A DNA stretch of 64,000 nucleotides, taken from assembly GCF_000143415.4 (NCBI RefSeq), contig NW_003314264.1, positions 1,869,710 through 1,933,709 of the forward strand, in the 5' to 3' direction. Of the stretch, positions 48,022-61,542 are shown piece by piece. How positions within the stretch are numbered: the stretch's first letter is position 1; each line of letters begins with the position of its first letter. The stretch is from Selaginella moellendorffii. Taxonomy: Eukaryota > Plantae > Lycopodiophyta. The notes beneath the pieces were generated by a model. That model was not told the DNA's origin. It was given only the letters and a program-made list of their open reading frames with translations, and did no database searches. The position numbers and the translations under genes were made by a program.

Positions 48022-49399
48022 AGTTAATGGCATAAAGTAAGATAGAAAAACTGTTGGACAATAAAAGGAGTAAAAGGAGCAATAGTAATCACAAAATCTT
48101 TTATAAAGATATCTTAGGTGTATCAAGATGGTTAGTCATATACTTTAAGAAAGAAAGCACAAAACTACATGTGTCAATAACACTAACACTGGGGATTTCA
48201 TAGATAACTAGAGTGGAATATGGACATGATGCATACATCAACCATTAGTCAATAGGCAAAAGGCAATAGTGCCGCAAGAGACCCACACCCCAGGAGTGGG
48301 TGACACTAAGCACACTAGAGATGGAGATAGTAGAAGATTCCTTGGTCTCATGTTTCTTGGTGGGCACCATGAGATTATGTAAACAAAATAAGAATGAATG
48401 AATGAATATCTTTACTTGTTTAGAGCATTTACCAACATGTGTGAGGTTACAGTTTGTTTATCAGGGTTTTACAGTTAGCTGTCCATGGTTGTTAGTAACT
48501 ACTCTAGTGTTGTTGAAATTTAGAGTTCTTGTGGCAGTAGAAGCATAAATATATGGACATATATACATGTATAATGTTACATGGTGACAATATTAATTGG
48601 ACCTTCTGATTGAGATCCTGGTAAATACCTAAACTCGAATTTGCAATTATAATGAAGACAGAATCAGAAGAGTGAATCAAATTTCCCTTGCAAGGTTCCA
48701 TTCACTCCACCAAAACTGGTGGACAGCAACTCATCAGCTCCAACTCAAATGCTCTGGTCATGTTCATTTTGGGTGAGTACTTCAATCACCAGATTCGTTG
48801 ATTGATTGCCAACGTCGGTGAGACTTATCTTCTCTAGACGTCATTATGGCACTGCAATCGAGTATAATAGCATCGGAACCACCATGGATGTAAGAACTTT
48901 CAATTCGAGAAGAACAATGGTGGACACAATCCTCCATATCAATTGACATGAAGACTTGCTCCTCCAGTTCAATTGGATGTGCGTTGGAAGCAAAGCTACC
49001 CTTTACAGACAAGAGTTAGTACGCATGTGATTCTTTGAGTTACCAGAGAAAAATGTAATATGGCTCTATGGAGCAAGAGTTTCTCTGTACATGCGAGGCA
49101 CACAAAGTGATTCTAAGCCTGGGCATAAGAATCAAGCAGTAAGTCCTAAATGCGAGAAACTATTGCCTGGAAGAATTTTGGAGGAACAATTGGTGGCCTG
49201 ATTGGCAGTTCTCTACATAACAAAAAAAGTTGTCTTTAGAACTTTGCAACAAGAGGAATTAGAAAGTCATAGCTCTTGGTCTCAAATATCAATATAGTGA
49301 GACACTCAGCCCCTCTATTTACAACTCCTTGGGACACCTACTTGTCTGATATCACCTTATATTGAAGTTAATAGCCAAAATGCCTTTTTTTTAACAATT

Positions 49400-51810
49400 T
49401 CAAACAAATAAATCACAAGCATGAAAACTCAAGCAATTAAAAGCTCAAAGAAGCTTATAGCTAAGTCTTGCTTAACAATAATCATGAGTCTCGCATAAAC
49501 TAATTTCAATGCTAAAGAAGAAATCATAGTATAACCATTAATATCATCCTTAACACATCTATAAGCTAAACTTCATAATGCGAAGCTAATGAAGAGCATT
49601 TTTACATCAATCCAAAAATTAATCATAACAAAGTGATGCTCAACAAGTGATCATTTAATTGATCCTCTATAAATCTATCTATAGCCAGACATAACTCACT
49701 GCATAATAAGCATAAGAAAAATCATCACCAATCAATATATTTCAACTTAAATCTAACAAAGATTTAAATATTTTAATATTAATCATTAACTCTTCTCTCT
49801 TAAAACTAATAAAATCTATGATTGAATCATTTTTCAAAGAAAAGCTCAAAATTCAACCCTTATTAAACAATTTTATCTAGAACACAACTAACTCAACTTG
49901 CTACTTACCTCGTTTGAACACTAATATATTTATTAATTAGTAAATGCACAAATGCCAATAATATAAAGTTATAACCCAAACATTAACACTATATTCATCA
50001 AGACTAATGAAACGTAATATCAATCATACGGAAAGACATCTCATCTCAATTGAATCTCAATATCAACAATGTTAATGATAAGGGATTAGTTCAATACCAT
50101 CAACATTAAAACAAAGTTAGAAGAAAACAAGAGTGAATCACCACTCAAAACTCTCCAAAAACTAAGTTAACCAAAGTCAAAAATACCTTACTCAATATCT
50201 GAGACCAATTCTCTAACAATACTCAGTTATAGATAACACATTATCAAGGAGTGAATCATCACATCCAAGATTCAATGAAATCCAACACCACAGACTAAAC
50301 GTAACTAAATGACATTATCAAAAGTAGAATCAATATGCTATTATGGAAAAACCATATAAGTCTAACGATATGATCATTCGCAACACCATCTGGTAAAGTA
50401 AGCCCATCACTACTAAATCATCATCAAATAAAGCAAGTGTCAAACAATCCTAAACAAAGTTTACAAGTAATCACTAATCGCAGAGCAACTAACAATCACT
50501 CTTCAACTTGTCTTCATAATACCCAAATATTAAACTCACATCATCAAGTCATATGCTTGTCCAATATGAATGTAATACCCTAAGTACAAGATATTAGCTC
50601 ATAGATAACCATGAACTAAATGACCACTTGAATTCAACTCAACTACAATAAGCTTACTAATGCATTTAGCTAACAACGCTGAGTAGACCTTGAAAAGGCT
50701 AGCTATGCATGATTAATATTTAGCTAAAACTAAAGTGAAGACTATGAGATGGACTCATATTGGTACACAACCTCTTCATAAACAAAGCAATAGTATGGGT
50801 ATCAACATCTCAACCTCAAACAACTAAATTAGACATTACCATCATCAGCCAAAGCACAGAGCCACCAAGACCAAGTCAAGATCAATGAGAGTTCATTATT
50901 TTTATAGAGTATAACAAAATGCAAGGTGCAATCTACCACTTAGCATAATATTACAAAAGAAAAGCATAAAGGTCACCTTTCTAAAAAGTGTAATATCCAC
51001 TTTTGTACACCAACTCTAGACTCTATCCAACTCAATTGCTTTAACCCCAAAGATTAGCATCCCTTTTGGGTTACATCATACAAACTACCTACTAATGTTT
51101 AAGCCAACTGAAGTCAATTTTAACCCCTTCACTAATTTGTACTGACTTATGAAAACAGAATGGTTTTTAAATAAAGTGATTGACAGATTAGCCATTGAAA
51201 AAGCTTAAGAAAATTTGTGGAAAATTTTCCATCTTAGAAAAAAAATGACTCTTAGTCTAGGAATGCAAACTTTTAAGACTCAACCAACTTCCTCCTTCCT
51301 TAGTATCAAAAGTTAATCTCTAGGACAAATTTGAAACTTGACATGGGACGAACACCATTGTGTTCAGGACAATCTCTACATGGTAAATATGCCAAATGAG
51401 CAAATCTAAACACTTTTTATAAATAGCATTTAGGACCAGAATGAAACTAATATAAAGGGTATAATAGCGAGGGTGTTTGGCAGACACGGTAAACTATCAT
51501 TTAGTGAATATTAAGGGACCAATATCAATATCGCAAAGGTTTTTGATACTAGCAAGTGCAAGTCAATAATATATGTTTCTCAAACTAAGTTGAGTATGCT
51601 CAGCAAGAAACACATAGGGTTCTTACTTTATGTTTATCTAATTTAAGTGCATGGTCATTGACTAGTTTCTCAACTAGTTCAAGTGGGAATTGATAATGAG
51701 TGTAGCAATGCCGACCTTTTAGTATCATAGTAGTAAAGAAAGAATATTCGAAAGGATTAGCCGACAAATAACTTTCGATACCTAAAGTCACATTCATGAC
51801 ATCATCTCAT
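49400..51810 (+). mobile_element. Duplicate of the decayed retroelement pieces, lacking the solo LTR
   Basis: Colinear with 42180-44770. Confidence 0.65.
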
Positions 51811-51849
51811 ACTAACTATCCTACCCCACAACTATAGAAATGATAAAGG

Positions 51850-52571
51850 CAAGGTTGAAAGATGACAAGTTTGTAACGAAAACATCATCCATCATATTTT
51901 GGGATTTTCCCAGGAAATGGTGGTAGATGATGGTTGGATTGCAGTTTTCTATATGGAGGAATGGTTAACATCCATGTTTAGGGAGATTCAACGGTGGGTG
52001 ATGATGATCGAGAGAACATACACCATATTTAGTGTTTACCCATTTGGCTTTAAACTTAACTAGCTGGGTAAAATAAAGGTAATTAATCACAAATAATTAT
52101 CTTTCTAATTAACTGTATTACTATACAGAAATTGACACTTTGAATGTCCCTAGTGAAACCAAAGGAAACCACTCCAATGCTCATGGCAACAACAATAGGA
52201 CCTTCATAATGAGCACTTCGAGTTTGAAGAAGAAGACATCAAGCCATTATATGATGATGACTCAAACATGATAAGAAGGTCTGAGATCTATGTGAACTTT
52301 CTGGATTTCATAATGCATTCTATGACACCAACTGCTGACACGATTGTAAACCTTTTTGCAGGCACAAGGAACTCCCTCCAAGCATATCAAAATGATAAGA
52401 GACAAGTGATGGTGATGGAGGAGAACTCGGATGTAGTTGCTTATATAAAAAAAAATTAAGCTTAAGGATACATCACCATCAACAGCAGTAGGAAAATTAA
52501 AACAACCTAAAACGAGTCATGGAATTGATGTCAACGAAATAATTATAGACTTGTTGGAGGACTCTAACTAG
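51850..52571 (+). pseudogene. Second copy of the methyltransferase-like relic, with a +1 A-run frameshift
   Basis: Colinear with 44800-45529; A9 instead of A8 near 52447-52455. Confidence 0.5.
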
Positions 52572-54268
52572 ATATACACTAAAGTTCACAATTATTATGT
52601 AATATTGTATTACTATTAAGTTTTAGATAAGTAAAGTAGCTTAATCCAATTTAACTATCAGTACCAAAATAAAAAGCAAGAATTGACAAAGTTACTTTAC
52701 ATAAAAAAACCCTAAGAACTATTAGCATAAAAAATTAATTAATAATAACATTATAGTATAGATAAAGAACTATTTAACCCCAAATAGAAGCCTATATATG
52801 CTATTAAAACATATTCAAGCACACACTTGCTATTTGAAAGGAAATTCTAGTCCATGTCAGACTCGCTAGGAAACTTTACTCCACCTTCATCTAGATGGTT
52901 TTTCTTGGGATGAAGACCATATGGTGGTGTCACAACCTCTTCACATTCAGAATCAGATGAAATGTTAATGATGGGCAGTCTCTTCAATAGATGGTTCTTA
53001 CTCTAAATTCATTTGTGCACCAAGTTGATGAAATGGGCAATCTTTAGCATGATAGGGTGAGTCTAGGCACTAGAACAAGTATTCCTCACTTGTTTTATAA
53101 GGATATAACTCCACTTTTTAGTGCTCATCACCATGCATTTGTGAAGAAAGTTTTGATGAAGCGTTTGGTTTTTGATCTTTGGAAGAAGCATTTGGTTCCT
53201 CATCTTTGGAAGAAGTAGATCCCCAGATGAAAACATTAGAAGCCCTAGTAGATGGAGCAAAAGGCCATTCAGGACTAGAAGGAGGAGTCCAACTTGACAT
53301 TGCCATAGAAATTATACAAGACTTTTGATATATACACTACTAGGCAAAAGTCTGTGGCCATTAACAATTAAGCCCTCTTTATATACTAAGGTATACATAA
53401 AGTCCAAATCAAATAAAGTTTCAAATTCACCAATGCATAAACAGTCAAACAAGTAAATATAAAATAGCTACAAGACAGTGGATCTATAAAAATAAGACAA
53501 GTAGGCTATCATTTAGCCTGGAGCCTAAGAAATAGCTCAGAAGTCTACAATAAAGAATTAATAGGCTAACTTTTAAACAACACATGGCAGTATAGGTTGA
53601 CAAGTTAAAATACAAAAGGTATTGTAATAATTTGCTGTGCATTACATGCAACAATGCTTGGTTTGCTCAATAGTAGTGTCATTGAGTAATTAAATTGATC
53701 AATAATTATAAATACGTTTATAATTTATAAATCAAGATTAATCTTATTGCATATTAACCATTAGATGGTACAATAAAAAGAATATACTAGGAAGTGTTTA
53801 GGAAAGTTTATAAATTATAAACATGTTTATAAATTATAAGATTAATTTAAATGAATAACAACCGTTATATAGTAAAATATTCTAAAATATCCAAATATAT
53901 TTTAAATATATTCACTACTAACAGGTTTTGTTTAAGCAAACTAAAAAGACACTATGATATAGTTGTGTATAGCCTAACTAAATAGAATATACTTTAAATA
54001 TCTACTGATGTGGCTGCTGGATAACCCTTAAATTGCACCCCAGTTGGCAGGCACTTTCATGATGAGGAAGGTTAGTTCTGTTTTCTTGTTAATTGTTTAT
54101 CATGTGTACAGGTCTTTGTACAATGGGCACAAAAAGCCTGGGGATGAACTTTTTTGGCGGGAGTGAGACCATGTAAATAGAAATACAAGAGGTATACAGC
54201 GTATTTATATGGCCCTCTTCCTCTGGGATCGAATCACATTCTCTTTCTCGAATCTAAATTCTTGTTTC

Positions 54269-55157
54269 ATGGCCATCACCGCCAGCATTGCCGCTCCTTG
54301 CGCTTCCCGCCTCGGCGCGGCGACGATGCGTTTGCCTGCGGAGGTGGATCCTTTGCGGCTCCCGAACCACGTTGCAATGATCATGGACGGGAATTCGCGG
54401 TGGGCGCAGGTGCGAGGGATCGCCAAGGAGCGCCAGCTGCGAGCAGCGGCGGAGGCGTGCTATTCCAACGCCCGGGAGATCGTGAGGTTGTCCAGCGACT
54501 GGGGGATCAAAGCGCTCACGCTCTTTGCCTTCTCCACCGAGAATTTCTTGCGGCCCAGGGAAGAAGTGGATCAGTGGATGCAGCAACTTGACAGAGTTCT
54601 CAGCCTCGATGATCCTGCCACCATTTTGCTGTGCGTGGAATTTCTCGATATGGTTTTCAGCGAATGGAAATGGATTGACTGAGTGATGATTTTTGGTCAG
54701 GGATGGGATCCAATTCCACTGCATTGGTGACACTGCCAGGCTCCCGCGCCCGCTCCAGGCCAAGATCTCGGATGCCCAATCCATCACCAGCGGCAACACG
54801 GGCATGAAACTCGTCATGGCGATTGGCTACGGCGGGCACAGCGATCTGGTCCAGACGTGCCAGGCGCTGGCGCGCGAGGTGGAGCAGGGGAAAATGGCTG
54901 TGGAGGAGATTGACCAGATCAACCTGGCAAAGAGATTGATGCTAGGCGAGCGGTGCGAGGATGTTGGCGCGCCGGAGCTGCTCGTTCGCACCAGCGGCGA
55001 GCAGCGGCTGAGCAATTTCATGCTGTGGCATCTCGCATACTCGGAGCTCGTGTTTGAGAAGAAGCTATGGCCGGATTTTGGAGAAGAGGAGTACAAGAAT
55101 GCCCTGGTGGAATTCCAGGGGCGTATGAGGACCTTTGGAGTAAAACATCACAGTTAA
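54269..55157 (+). CDS. cis-prenyltransferase copy 3, two exons, intact
   Basis: Same motifs as copy 1; ends RTFGVKHHS*. An in-frame upstream ATG exists at 54209. Confidence 0.92.
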
Positions 55158-55499
55158 TGGCATAAAGTAAACCATTCAAAGATATAAAAATTGTGCAAAA
55201 AACACAAATTTATTACAGATTTTACAGAGTAAAAGGAGCAACAGTAACCACAAAATCTTTTATAAAGATATCTTAGGTGTATCAAGATGGTTAATCATAT
55301 ACTTTAAGAAAGAAAACACAAAACTACATGTGTCAATAACACCAACAATGACATGATTTCATAGATAACTAGAGTGGTTCAACCATTAGTCAAAAGGCAA
55401 AAGGCAATAGCAAAACACAGGCCGCAAGAGACCCAGAAGACAGCAGAAGACCCAAACCGCAGAGACAATCATCTGAGCAGCTTATTTAAATTCCTCGGT

Positions 55500-57135
55500 C
55501 TCATGTTTCTTGGTGGGCACCATGAACAAAATATGAATGAATGAATTAGAGCGTGAGGTTACAGTTTGTTTATTAGGGTTTTATAGTTAGCTGTTCATGG
55601 TTGTTAGTAACTACTCTGGTGTTGTTGAAATTTGGAGTTCTTGTGGCAGTAGAAGCTCTAGATGTTTCATCAGTCTTATTTCATAAATAATTTTCAGAAA
55701 GGTTCATGGACATATGTACATGTATAATGTTACATGGTAACAGGACCAGAAGTTATCTAAACTCGAATTTGCAATTGTAATGAAGACACTACAGAGAATC
55801 AGAAGAGTGAATCAAATTTCCCTTGCAAGGTTCCATTCACGCCACCAAAATTGGTTGACTGCAACTCATCAGCTCCAACTCAAATGCTCTGGCCATGTTC
55901 AGTTTGGGTGAGTATTTCAATCACTGGATTCGTTGATTGATTGCCAACGTTGGTGAGATCTTCTCCAGACCTCATTATGGCGCTGTCATCGAGTATGATA
56001 GCGTGTGGAGAAGAACAATGGTGGACACAATCCTCCATATCAATTGACTTGAAGACTTGTTCCTTCAGTTCGGTTGGATGTGCGTTGGAAGCAAACCCAC
56101 TCTTGTCTATACACGTGACAGACAAGAGTTAGTACGCAGGTGATTCTTTGAGTTACCAGAGAAAAATGTAACATGGCTCCATGGAGCAAGAGTTTCGTAT
56201 AGAGCCTGTACATGCGAGGCACACAAAGTGATTCTAAGCCTGGGCATAAGAATCAAGCAGTGAGTCCTAGATGCAAGAAACTGTTACCTGGAAGAATTTT
56301 GGAGGAACAACTGGTGGCCTGATTGGCAGTTCCCTACATAACGAAAAAAGTTGTAAACAAAGCCTTTAGAACTTTGCAACAAGAGAACTTAGAAAGTCAC
56401 AGTTCTTGGTCTCAAACGTCAATACAGTGAGAGAGCTTGGCCCCTCTATCTACAACTCCCTGGGACACCTACTTGTTCAATATCACACCGGCATGCACAA
56501 CCTTTTCTGCCAACATAAACATCAAATTTTCTTTTGATGTTATAAGATTCAGCCACTCCACCTCCATTTTCACCATAGACTGAAGTTCTGTAGGCTTGCA
56601 AGTTCACTCCAATTTTAAAGGCTATCTGGAGATTGTTGATAACCAGAAGGAAGTTACATTTATTCCACAGTTGTACTAGCTTGTCCAGGGGGTGAAAACC
56701 TGAAAAGAGTGGTTGAGAGTTCAGATTGATCGTAAAGTGGAGATACCTGTCAATCACCACAACTTTCCTCTCACCTTTGTAGGAAGACAAAAGAACATGT
56801 CAATGCACAAACTCATGGCTCATGGCTAAATACCTCTTAGGCCGGTGAGCTCCATGAGCAAGATAGTTTTAAACTATAGACACCTCTTGTTAAGAAAGCC
56901 TGGACTGTGACAAGAATAAAGGAAAAGAAAGACTGTAAGCAATTAACAGAATTTGGGATGACTTTTCTCGAGCCACATCCACAATTATTACATGTTTTTG
57001 GGTGGTCATGGGTGCCCAGATGGAGGCATAAGACCACAGGGAATCCATGCTAACCTCACAAGGCTTATCCCCATAAACCACCTTGGGTTTCAAAGCGTCA
57101 TGGATATATGTCAGCGGTAGCTCCATAAATTTCAT
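55500..57135 (-). pseudogene. Decayed coding-like sequence, possibly a Mutator-like transposase remnant; its 3' part is duplicated in the other two blocks
   Basis: Fragmented minus-strand ORFs; FDVYVGRKGCACRCDIEQVGVPGS loosely resembles a SWIM zinc-finger start. Weak. Confidence 0.3.
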
Positions 57136-57451
57136 TTAAATATATAAGGATATTTTCTTGCACTTTATTTTATTAATGAATGCGAAAATGCAAGGCAGAT
57201 TAGTGTTTGCGCATTGATTTTCTCCCACCGCCTCTGTTGGTGTCGCTATAGCTACGATTTTGGGCGTGTAGCCGCAAAATGCCAAATGAAAAGGAGGGAG
57301 CTTGCTGAGTTAGTGGTTTGCTACCGCGGGCAGGAAGGTTTGGCCGCTTGGGTGTGACATGGTTGCTCTGTTGTGTCTACCAAGAATAGAACTTCATAGG
57401 TGAAATACAAATCTTCTCTAGTCAATGTCATTGAATATTTACCAGATTTTG

Positions 57452-59734
57452 CTAAGTACTAGGATGTTTATAAGCTTGCAAGTTGAGAATTTCCAAGCTA
57501 GCCCTCTTGGCTCGTTCTTTGTCTCCAAAAAGCTTGGAAGCTCCTAGCAAAACCATCCACGATGCCACATCCGGGAGAAATGGCATGCTATGTAAAAGCT
57601 CCTCCGCCCTCTTAAGGCGTTTGGACCTGGCCAGCATCTCAACCACAGCGTTGTAATGACATAGCTCCGGAACAAGACCGAAACTTCCGACCATCCAATG
57701 GAACGCATGCCACGTGTCACTCCACATGCCAGCGTGGCAGTAGCCCACCAGCAGCGCCAGGAATGTGATGCCATCCGGCATCGCCCCCTCAAGCACCATG
57801 GCGCCAAAGCAGTGCCCGAGGATATTCCCATGCCCGTGGTGGGCATATCCCGCCAGGAGGATATTCCACGGCACCGCGTCGCCACTGCACGTCGCCGCGG
57901 CGACGAGCTCCTCAACCTGCGGCAGCCGCCCCGCGGCGGAATATGCCGCTGCGATGGCGTTGCGGGATGCCGCGCTCCACGCCGGCATCCGATCAAACGC
58001 GAGCCTGGCGTCGTGGAGGCGATCCGCGAGGAAGTAGGCGGTGATCATCGCGTTCCAGGAGATGGCGTTCCTCTCGGGCGCCTCGTCGTGGATCCTCCGC
58101 GCCTCTAGGGCATTGCCCACGGATCCCTCGGCGGCGATCATCGCGTTCCAGGCGACGGTGTCCCACTGCGGCATCTTGTGGAAGGCGGCCCTGGCCTGGC
58201 GGAGGGAGAGCTGCGCGTGGGCGGCGATCAGGGTTGTCCAGGATACCACATTCTTGTGGATTTGGGGCAGGGAATCGAACGCGCGCAACGCCTCCGCTGC
58301 CCGCCCGGCGTGGATCAGCCCCAGCAAGAGAATGTTCCAAGATACCACGTCCCAGTGAGGGAATCTCCCAAACAGGGCGTTTGCTCCGTCCGTGAGGCCC
58401 CTCTCCACGGCCAAGATTCCCAGCAGCGCGTTCCAGGCAATGGCGCTCCTTTGCGGCATATTCTCGAACACCGCGAGAGATTCCTCCAGATGCCCGCGCT
58501 GGGCATTTGCCTGGAGAAGAGCTGTCCAGGATGCCCCGTCCCAGGCGGGCATGGCGTGGAGCATATTCCACGCCCGCTCCAGATGCCCGGCCTGCGCATA
58601 TCCCGTGACCATGGCCGTCCACGAGAGGGAATCCCTGTGGGACATTGCGTCGTGGAGCTTGCGCGCTTCTTCCACGAGCGATGCCTGCGCTAGGGCTTGG
58701 ATCAGGGACGTGATCGCGATCACGCTTGTCAGCGGCATTCTGTCAAGGAATTCCTTGGCCAGATCGAAGCGATTGCTCTGGGCGCACGCCAGGATCATGG
58801 AGTTCCAGCTGATGGAGTTTCGCTCGGGCATTCCCAGGAATTCCGCGCTGGCTAGCTCGATCTCGCCGATCCGGCCATAGGCCACCACCGCCGCCGTCGC
58901 AGACACCACGTCCCACTGTGGCATCCTGTTCTTCACCTCCATCGCCGCCTCGATCTGGCCGTGCTGCCCGAATCCCCCAAGCGCCGCGTTCCAGGAGAAG
59001 ACGTCCCTCTCCGGCATCGCGGTGAACGTCTCCAGGAGCTCGTCCAGGAGCCCTTGTTGTGCGAGCGCCTGGATTGCAATGTTCCAGGCCACAGCATCGC
59101 GCATCGGCATCAACTGGAAGATCGCGGACGCCTCCTCGACGAATCCCAGCTGCGCGTAGGCAGTGAGGATGCTGTTCCAGCTCAAGCCATCTCGCTTCTC
59201 CATCCGATCATAGATCTCTTTGGCTTGCAGCAAATGCCCATTCGCGGCATTCACGCGAATCATCGCGTTCCAGGCCACAACATCGGGCTTTCTAATCTTC
59301 CAGAAAATCTCCATCGCTTCTTTGACAAGGCCGTGCTCTCCGTACGCAGCCAACACCGCCGTGTACGACACAACGTCCGGCCGCGGCATCTTCTCGAGGT
59401 TGGCCCGGGCATGGTGAATATGCCCATTGTGGGCATATGCCGCGATGAGGATATTCCACGAGTATGTATTGGGCGAGTGTATGGCATCAAAGACTCTTTG
59501 CGCCTCGCCAACGCTGCCGCACTTCCCATACATTTCGAGCAGCGCATTGGCCAGGAATCTGTCCGTGGAGAGTTGGTCGCTGGCGAGAATATCCGCGTGG
59601 ATTTGCCGGCCCCTGGCGAGGTCGCGCAAGCTCCCACACGCTCGGACGATCCGGGCGAGCGCTAAAACCTCTTGTTGGTCGCCCAAAATTCGCGTTTGAT
59701 CCTCTCTCGCCAGCCGCAATAGCGACACCCTCAT
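57452..59734 (-). CDS. PLS-class pentatricopeptide repeat protein with partial E domain, 760 aa
   Basis: RACGSLRDLARGRQIH, MYGKCGSV, MPxxDVVxWN repeats, PDGITFLALL..CHAG, HYNAVVEMLARS..MPFLPD..SW..LLGA. Confidence 0.95.
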   Translation of the reverse strand: MRVSLLRLAREDQTRILGDQQEVLALARIVRACGSLRDLARGRQIHADILASDQLSTDRFLANALLEMYGKCGSVGEAQRVFDAIHSPNTYSWNILIAAYAHNGHIHHARANLEKMPRPDVVSYTAVLAAYGEHGLVKEAMEIFWKIRKPDVVAWNAMIRVNAANGHLLQAKEIYDRMEKRDGLSWNSILTAYAQLGFVEEASAIFQLMPMRDAVAWNIAIQALAQQGLLDELLETFTAMPERDVFSWNAALGGFGQHGQIEAAMEVKNRMPQWDVVSATAAVVAYGRIGEIELASAEFLGMPERNSISWNSMILACAQSNRFDLAKEFLDRMPLTSVIAITSLIQALAQASLVEEARKLHDAMSHRDSLSWTAMVTGYAQAGHLERAWNMLHAMPAWDGASWTALLQANAQRGHLEESLAVFENMPQRSAIAWNALLGILAVERGLTDGANALFGRFPHWDVVSWNILLLGLIHAGRAAEALRAFDSLPQIHKNVVSWTTLIAAHAQLSLRQARAAFHKMPQWDTVAWNAMIAAEGSVGNALEARRIHDEAPERNAISWNAMITAYFLADRLHDARLAFDRMPAWSAASRNAIAAAYSAAGRLPQVEELVAAATCSGDAVPWNILLAGYAHHGHGNILGHCFGAMVLEGAMPDGITFLALLVGYCHAGMWSDTWHAFHWMVGSFGLVPELCHYNAVVEMLARSKRLKRAEELLHSMPFLPDVASWMVLLGASKLFGDKERAKRASLEILNLQAYKHPST

Positions 59735-59982
59735 GAATCTGGCATTGTTCTAAGTTTTTGCGAAAGCGAGAGTTAGCGTGGAGAGGTCTTTCAAATGACT
59801 TGACTTTGAATGGAAGTTCTCGTTCTTTTCTCCCGCATTGAAAATCTTTGGCGTGTTGGAAGAAGTTTTCCATCGAAACTTCACTCCCTGTATGAACCCC
59901 TCTCTCTCAAACGTTCTCTTTTCTAGCTAGCGTATGGAATGGAATTCCTTTCCTTCGTTTCTATATCTTCGTCTTCTTCTTC

Positions 59983-61272
59983 CTAGAGGCGATGGCGATG
60001 GCGGTACATGGACGCAAACTCCATGCACAGCTTCTGATCCCTGCGATCTCCCCATCCCCCCCACCCGGTGAACTTGTGGGGATAGTTATAAACATGCCGC
60101 GAGACCTCCCAGCTCGGATCGATGTTCATGATCCGGTCCTCCGGATCCACTTGCGGCCCCTCCTGCGTGAAATCCTGGCACTCGGGTTTGCCATCCTGGT
60201 GCCCCTGGTGTAAGCCACACCGCCCGAAGTGTAGCGCGCTCGTCCTCGGCCCCCGGAGAGTGTAAGCCTTCTCGTCCCAGGACGGATACACCGACGACCA
60301 CAGCGTGATGTCCCAGTTGTAATCGTCGAAGTGGCAGAAGGTGGCGGCGCTCGAGTGGAGCTTGTTCCACATCGTCCGGTTGAATCCATATCCCATGTTT
60401 CCGATCTTCTCGGCGACGAGAAAGTCCCCCCGCTCGCCCCGGTTCTTGACGTCCCAGGGGGCCAAGTTCACGGCCCAGCAATCCGGGCACCTCTCGCTGG
60501 TGATCCTGGCCAGCGTCTGGATGTTCCGGTACGCGTTTGGGAATAAGTAGTGATCCTCCTCTATGAAAACTATGTGCCTGTTGTAACCCCGAGTCTCCGG
60601 AAGCCCGTCCCAGATGGTGTTCATCATCCACCACCAGTGGTGCTTGAGCGAGACGATCCTCGGGCTGCGGTGGTTTCCATACTGATCCGCCTGCCCCTCG
60701 CACTTCTTGGCCACTGGATCGTCCTTGTTCTTGCAATCGCCGGGAGAGGTCCCCGGGAAGGACGAGGGGAAGAGGTGTGGCGAGTAGGCCGCGAAAAGCT
60801 GCTTTACCTGGCAGAAGTCGATCTTCTCGACGAGCTCCGCCATCTCGGGATAGAACCCATCGTGGCTGACGATGAGGAGTGTCTCGTTGATCCCGTCCAC
60901 GCGCGAGAGGCCCTCGATCACCACCCGGAGGTACTGTGGCCGGTTGTGGACGTAGAGCACGACGATGATGTGATCCCTGGCGAGCGCTGGGAAGAGTTCC
61001 CTGTTGCGAGGCGGCAGCGCGTTTCTTCCCTGGGCCCAAAGGGAGGAATTGGTGGGCTCACGGACAATGGCCGGCTCCTGGATCTCTACGCCCTCCTGGA
61101 CGAGCGCCTCCTTGAGGACGATGATGGGACCTAAGGCTCGCCCGCCGCCGGGGGTGGTGTCGAATCTGGCGAAGCCCGAGCTGCTGAGCAAGATCCCCAC
61201 CACGGAGATGAGAATCAAGAAGGCGAGCAGCAGATGCTGGAGATTGGGGCGCGCCCTGCCGCTGCTCACCAT
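59983..61272 (-). CDS. GNT2: Alpha-1,6-mannosyl-glycoprotein 2-beta-N-acetylglucosaminyltransferase (GnTII/MGAT2), intronless
   Basis: Type II membrane anchor, VLYVHNRPQYL, LLIVSHDG, FCQVKQLF, SLKHHWWWMMN, FIEEDHY, DDYNWD, GWGGWGD-RD. Start placed at MVSSGRARPN just before the TM segment. Confidence 0.95.
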   Translation of the reverse strand: MVSSGRARPNLQHLLLAFLILISVVGILLSSSGFARFDTTPGGGRALGPIIVLKEALVQEGVEIQEPAIVREPTNSSLWAQGRNALPPRNRELFPALARDHIIVVLYVHNRPQYLRVVIEGLSRVDGINETLLIVSHDGFYPEMAELVEKIDFCQVKQLFAAYSPHLFPSSFPGTSPGDCKNKDDPVAKKCEGQADQYGNHRSPRIVSLKHHWWWMMNTIWDGLPETRGYNRHIVFIEEDHYLFPNAYRNIQTLARITSERCPDCWAVNLAPWDVKNRGERGDFLVAEKIGNMGYGFNRTMWNKLHSSAATFCHFDDYNWDITLWSSVYPSWDEKAYTLRGPRTSALHFGRCGLHQGHQDGKPECQDFTQEGPQVDPEDRIMNIDPSWEVSRHVYNYPHKFTGWGGWGDRRDQKLCMEFASMYRHRHRL

Positions 61273-61542
61273 TTCCGCTGGATCATGCCAAGAGCTCAAG
61301 CGGATCTTTCTTTTAGGTTGAACTACCAAGAAAGCGTGGCGCCAACGGCAGCGCGGAGAATTTCGCCAATACCTGTTCCGATCGATCGACCCTGGCGATC
61401 TTGCTCCGAAATTCGCCGCTTGGCGCCGCCATTGTATCGTTCCTGGGGAGGAGGAACAGACAAAGCCCCCTTTAACGAACACAGTTTATCGAGCCTTATC
61501 CAACGGCCGGTGATGCCCATTTCCTATAAACCGTTGGATCTT

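Larger units (their letters stand above)
39570..56478 (+). repeat. Tandem array: gene block (~2.4-2.6 kb) x3 separated by a ~4.7-4.9-kb TE-derived spacer x2
   Basis: Blocks ~39570-42129, ~46995-49355 and ~54060-56478; spacers ~42130-46995 and ~49356-54060 are colinear with scattered substitutions. Confidence 0.92.

Noticed and set aside
59983-61482. GnTII start at 61482 as in the ORF track
   Set aside because: Non-ATG start and an atypical 70-aa extension; the ATG at 61272 gives the normal short cytosolic tail before the membrane anchor.
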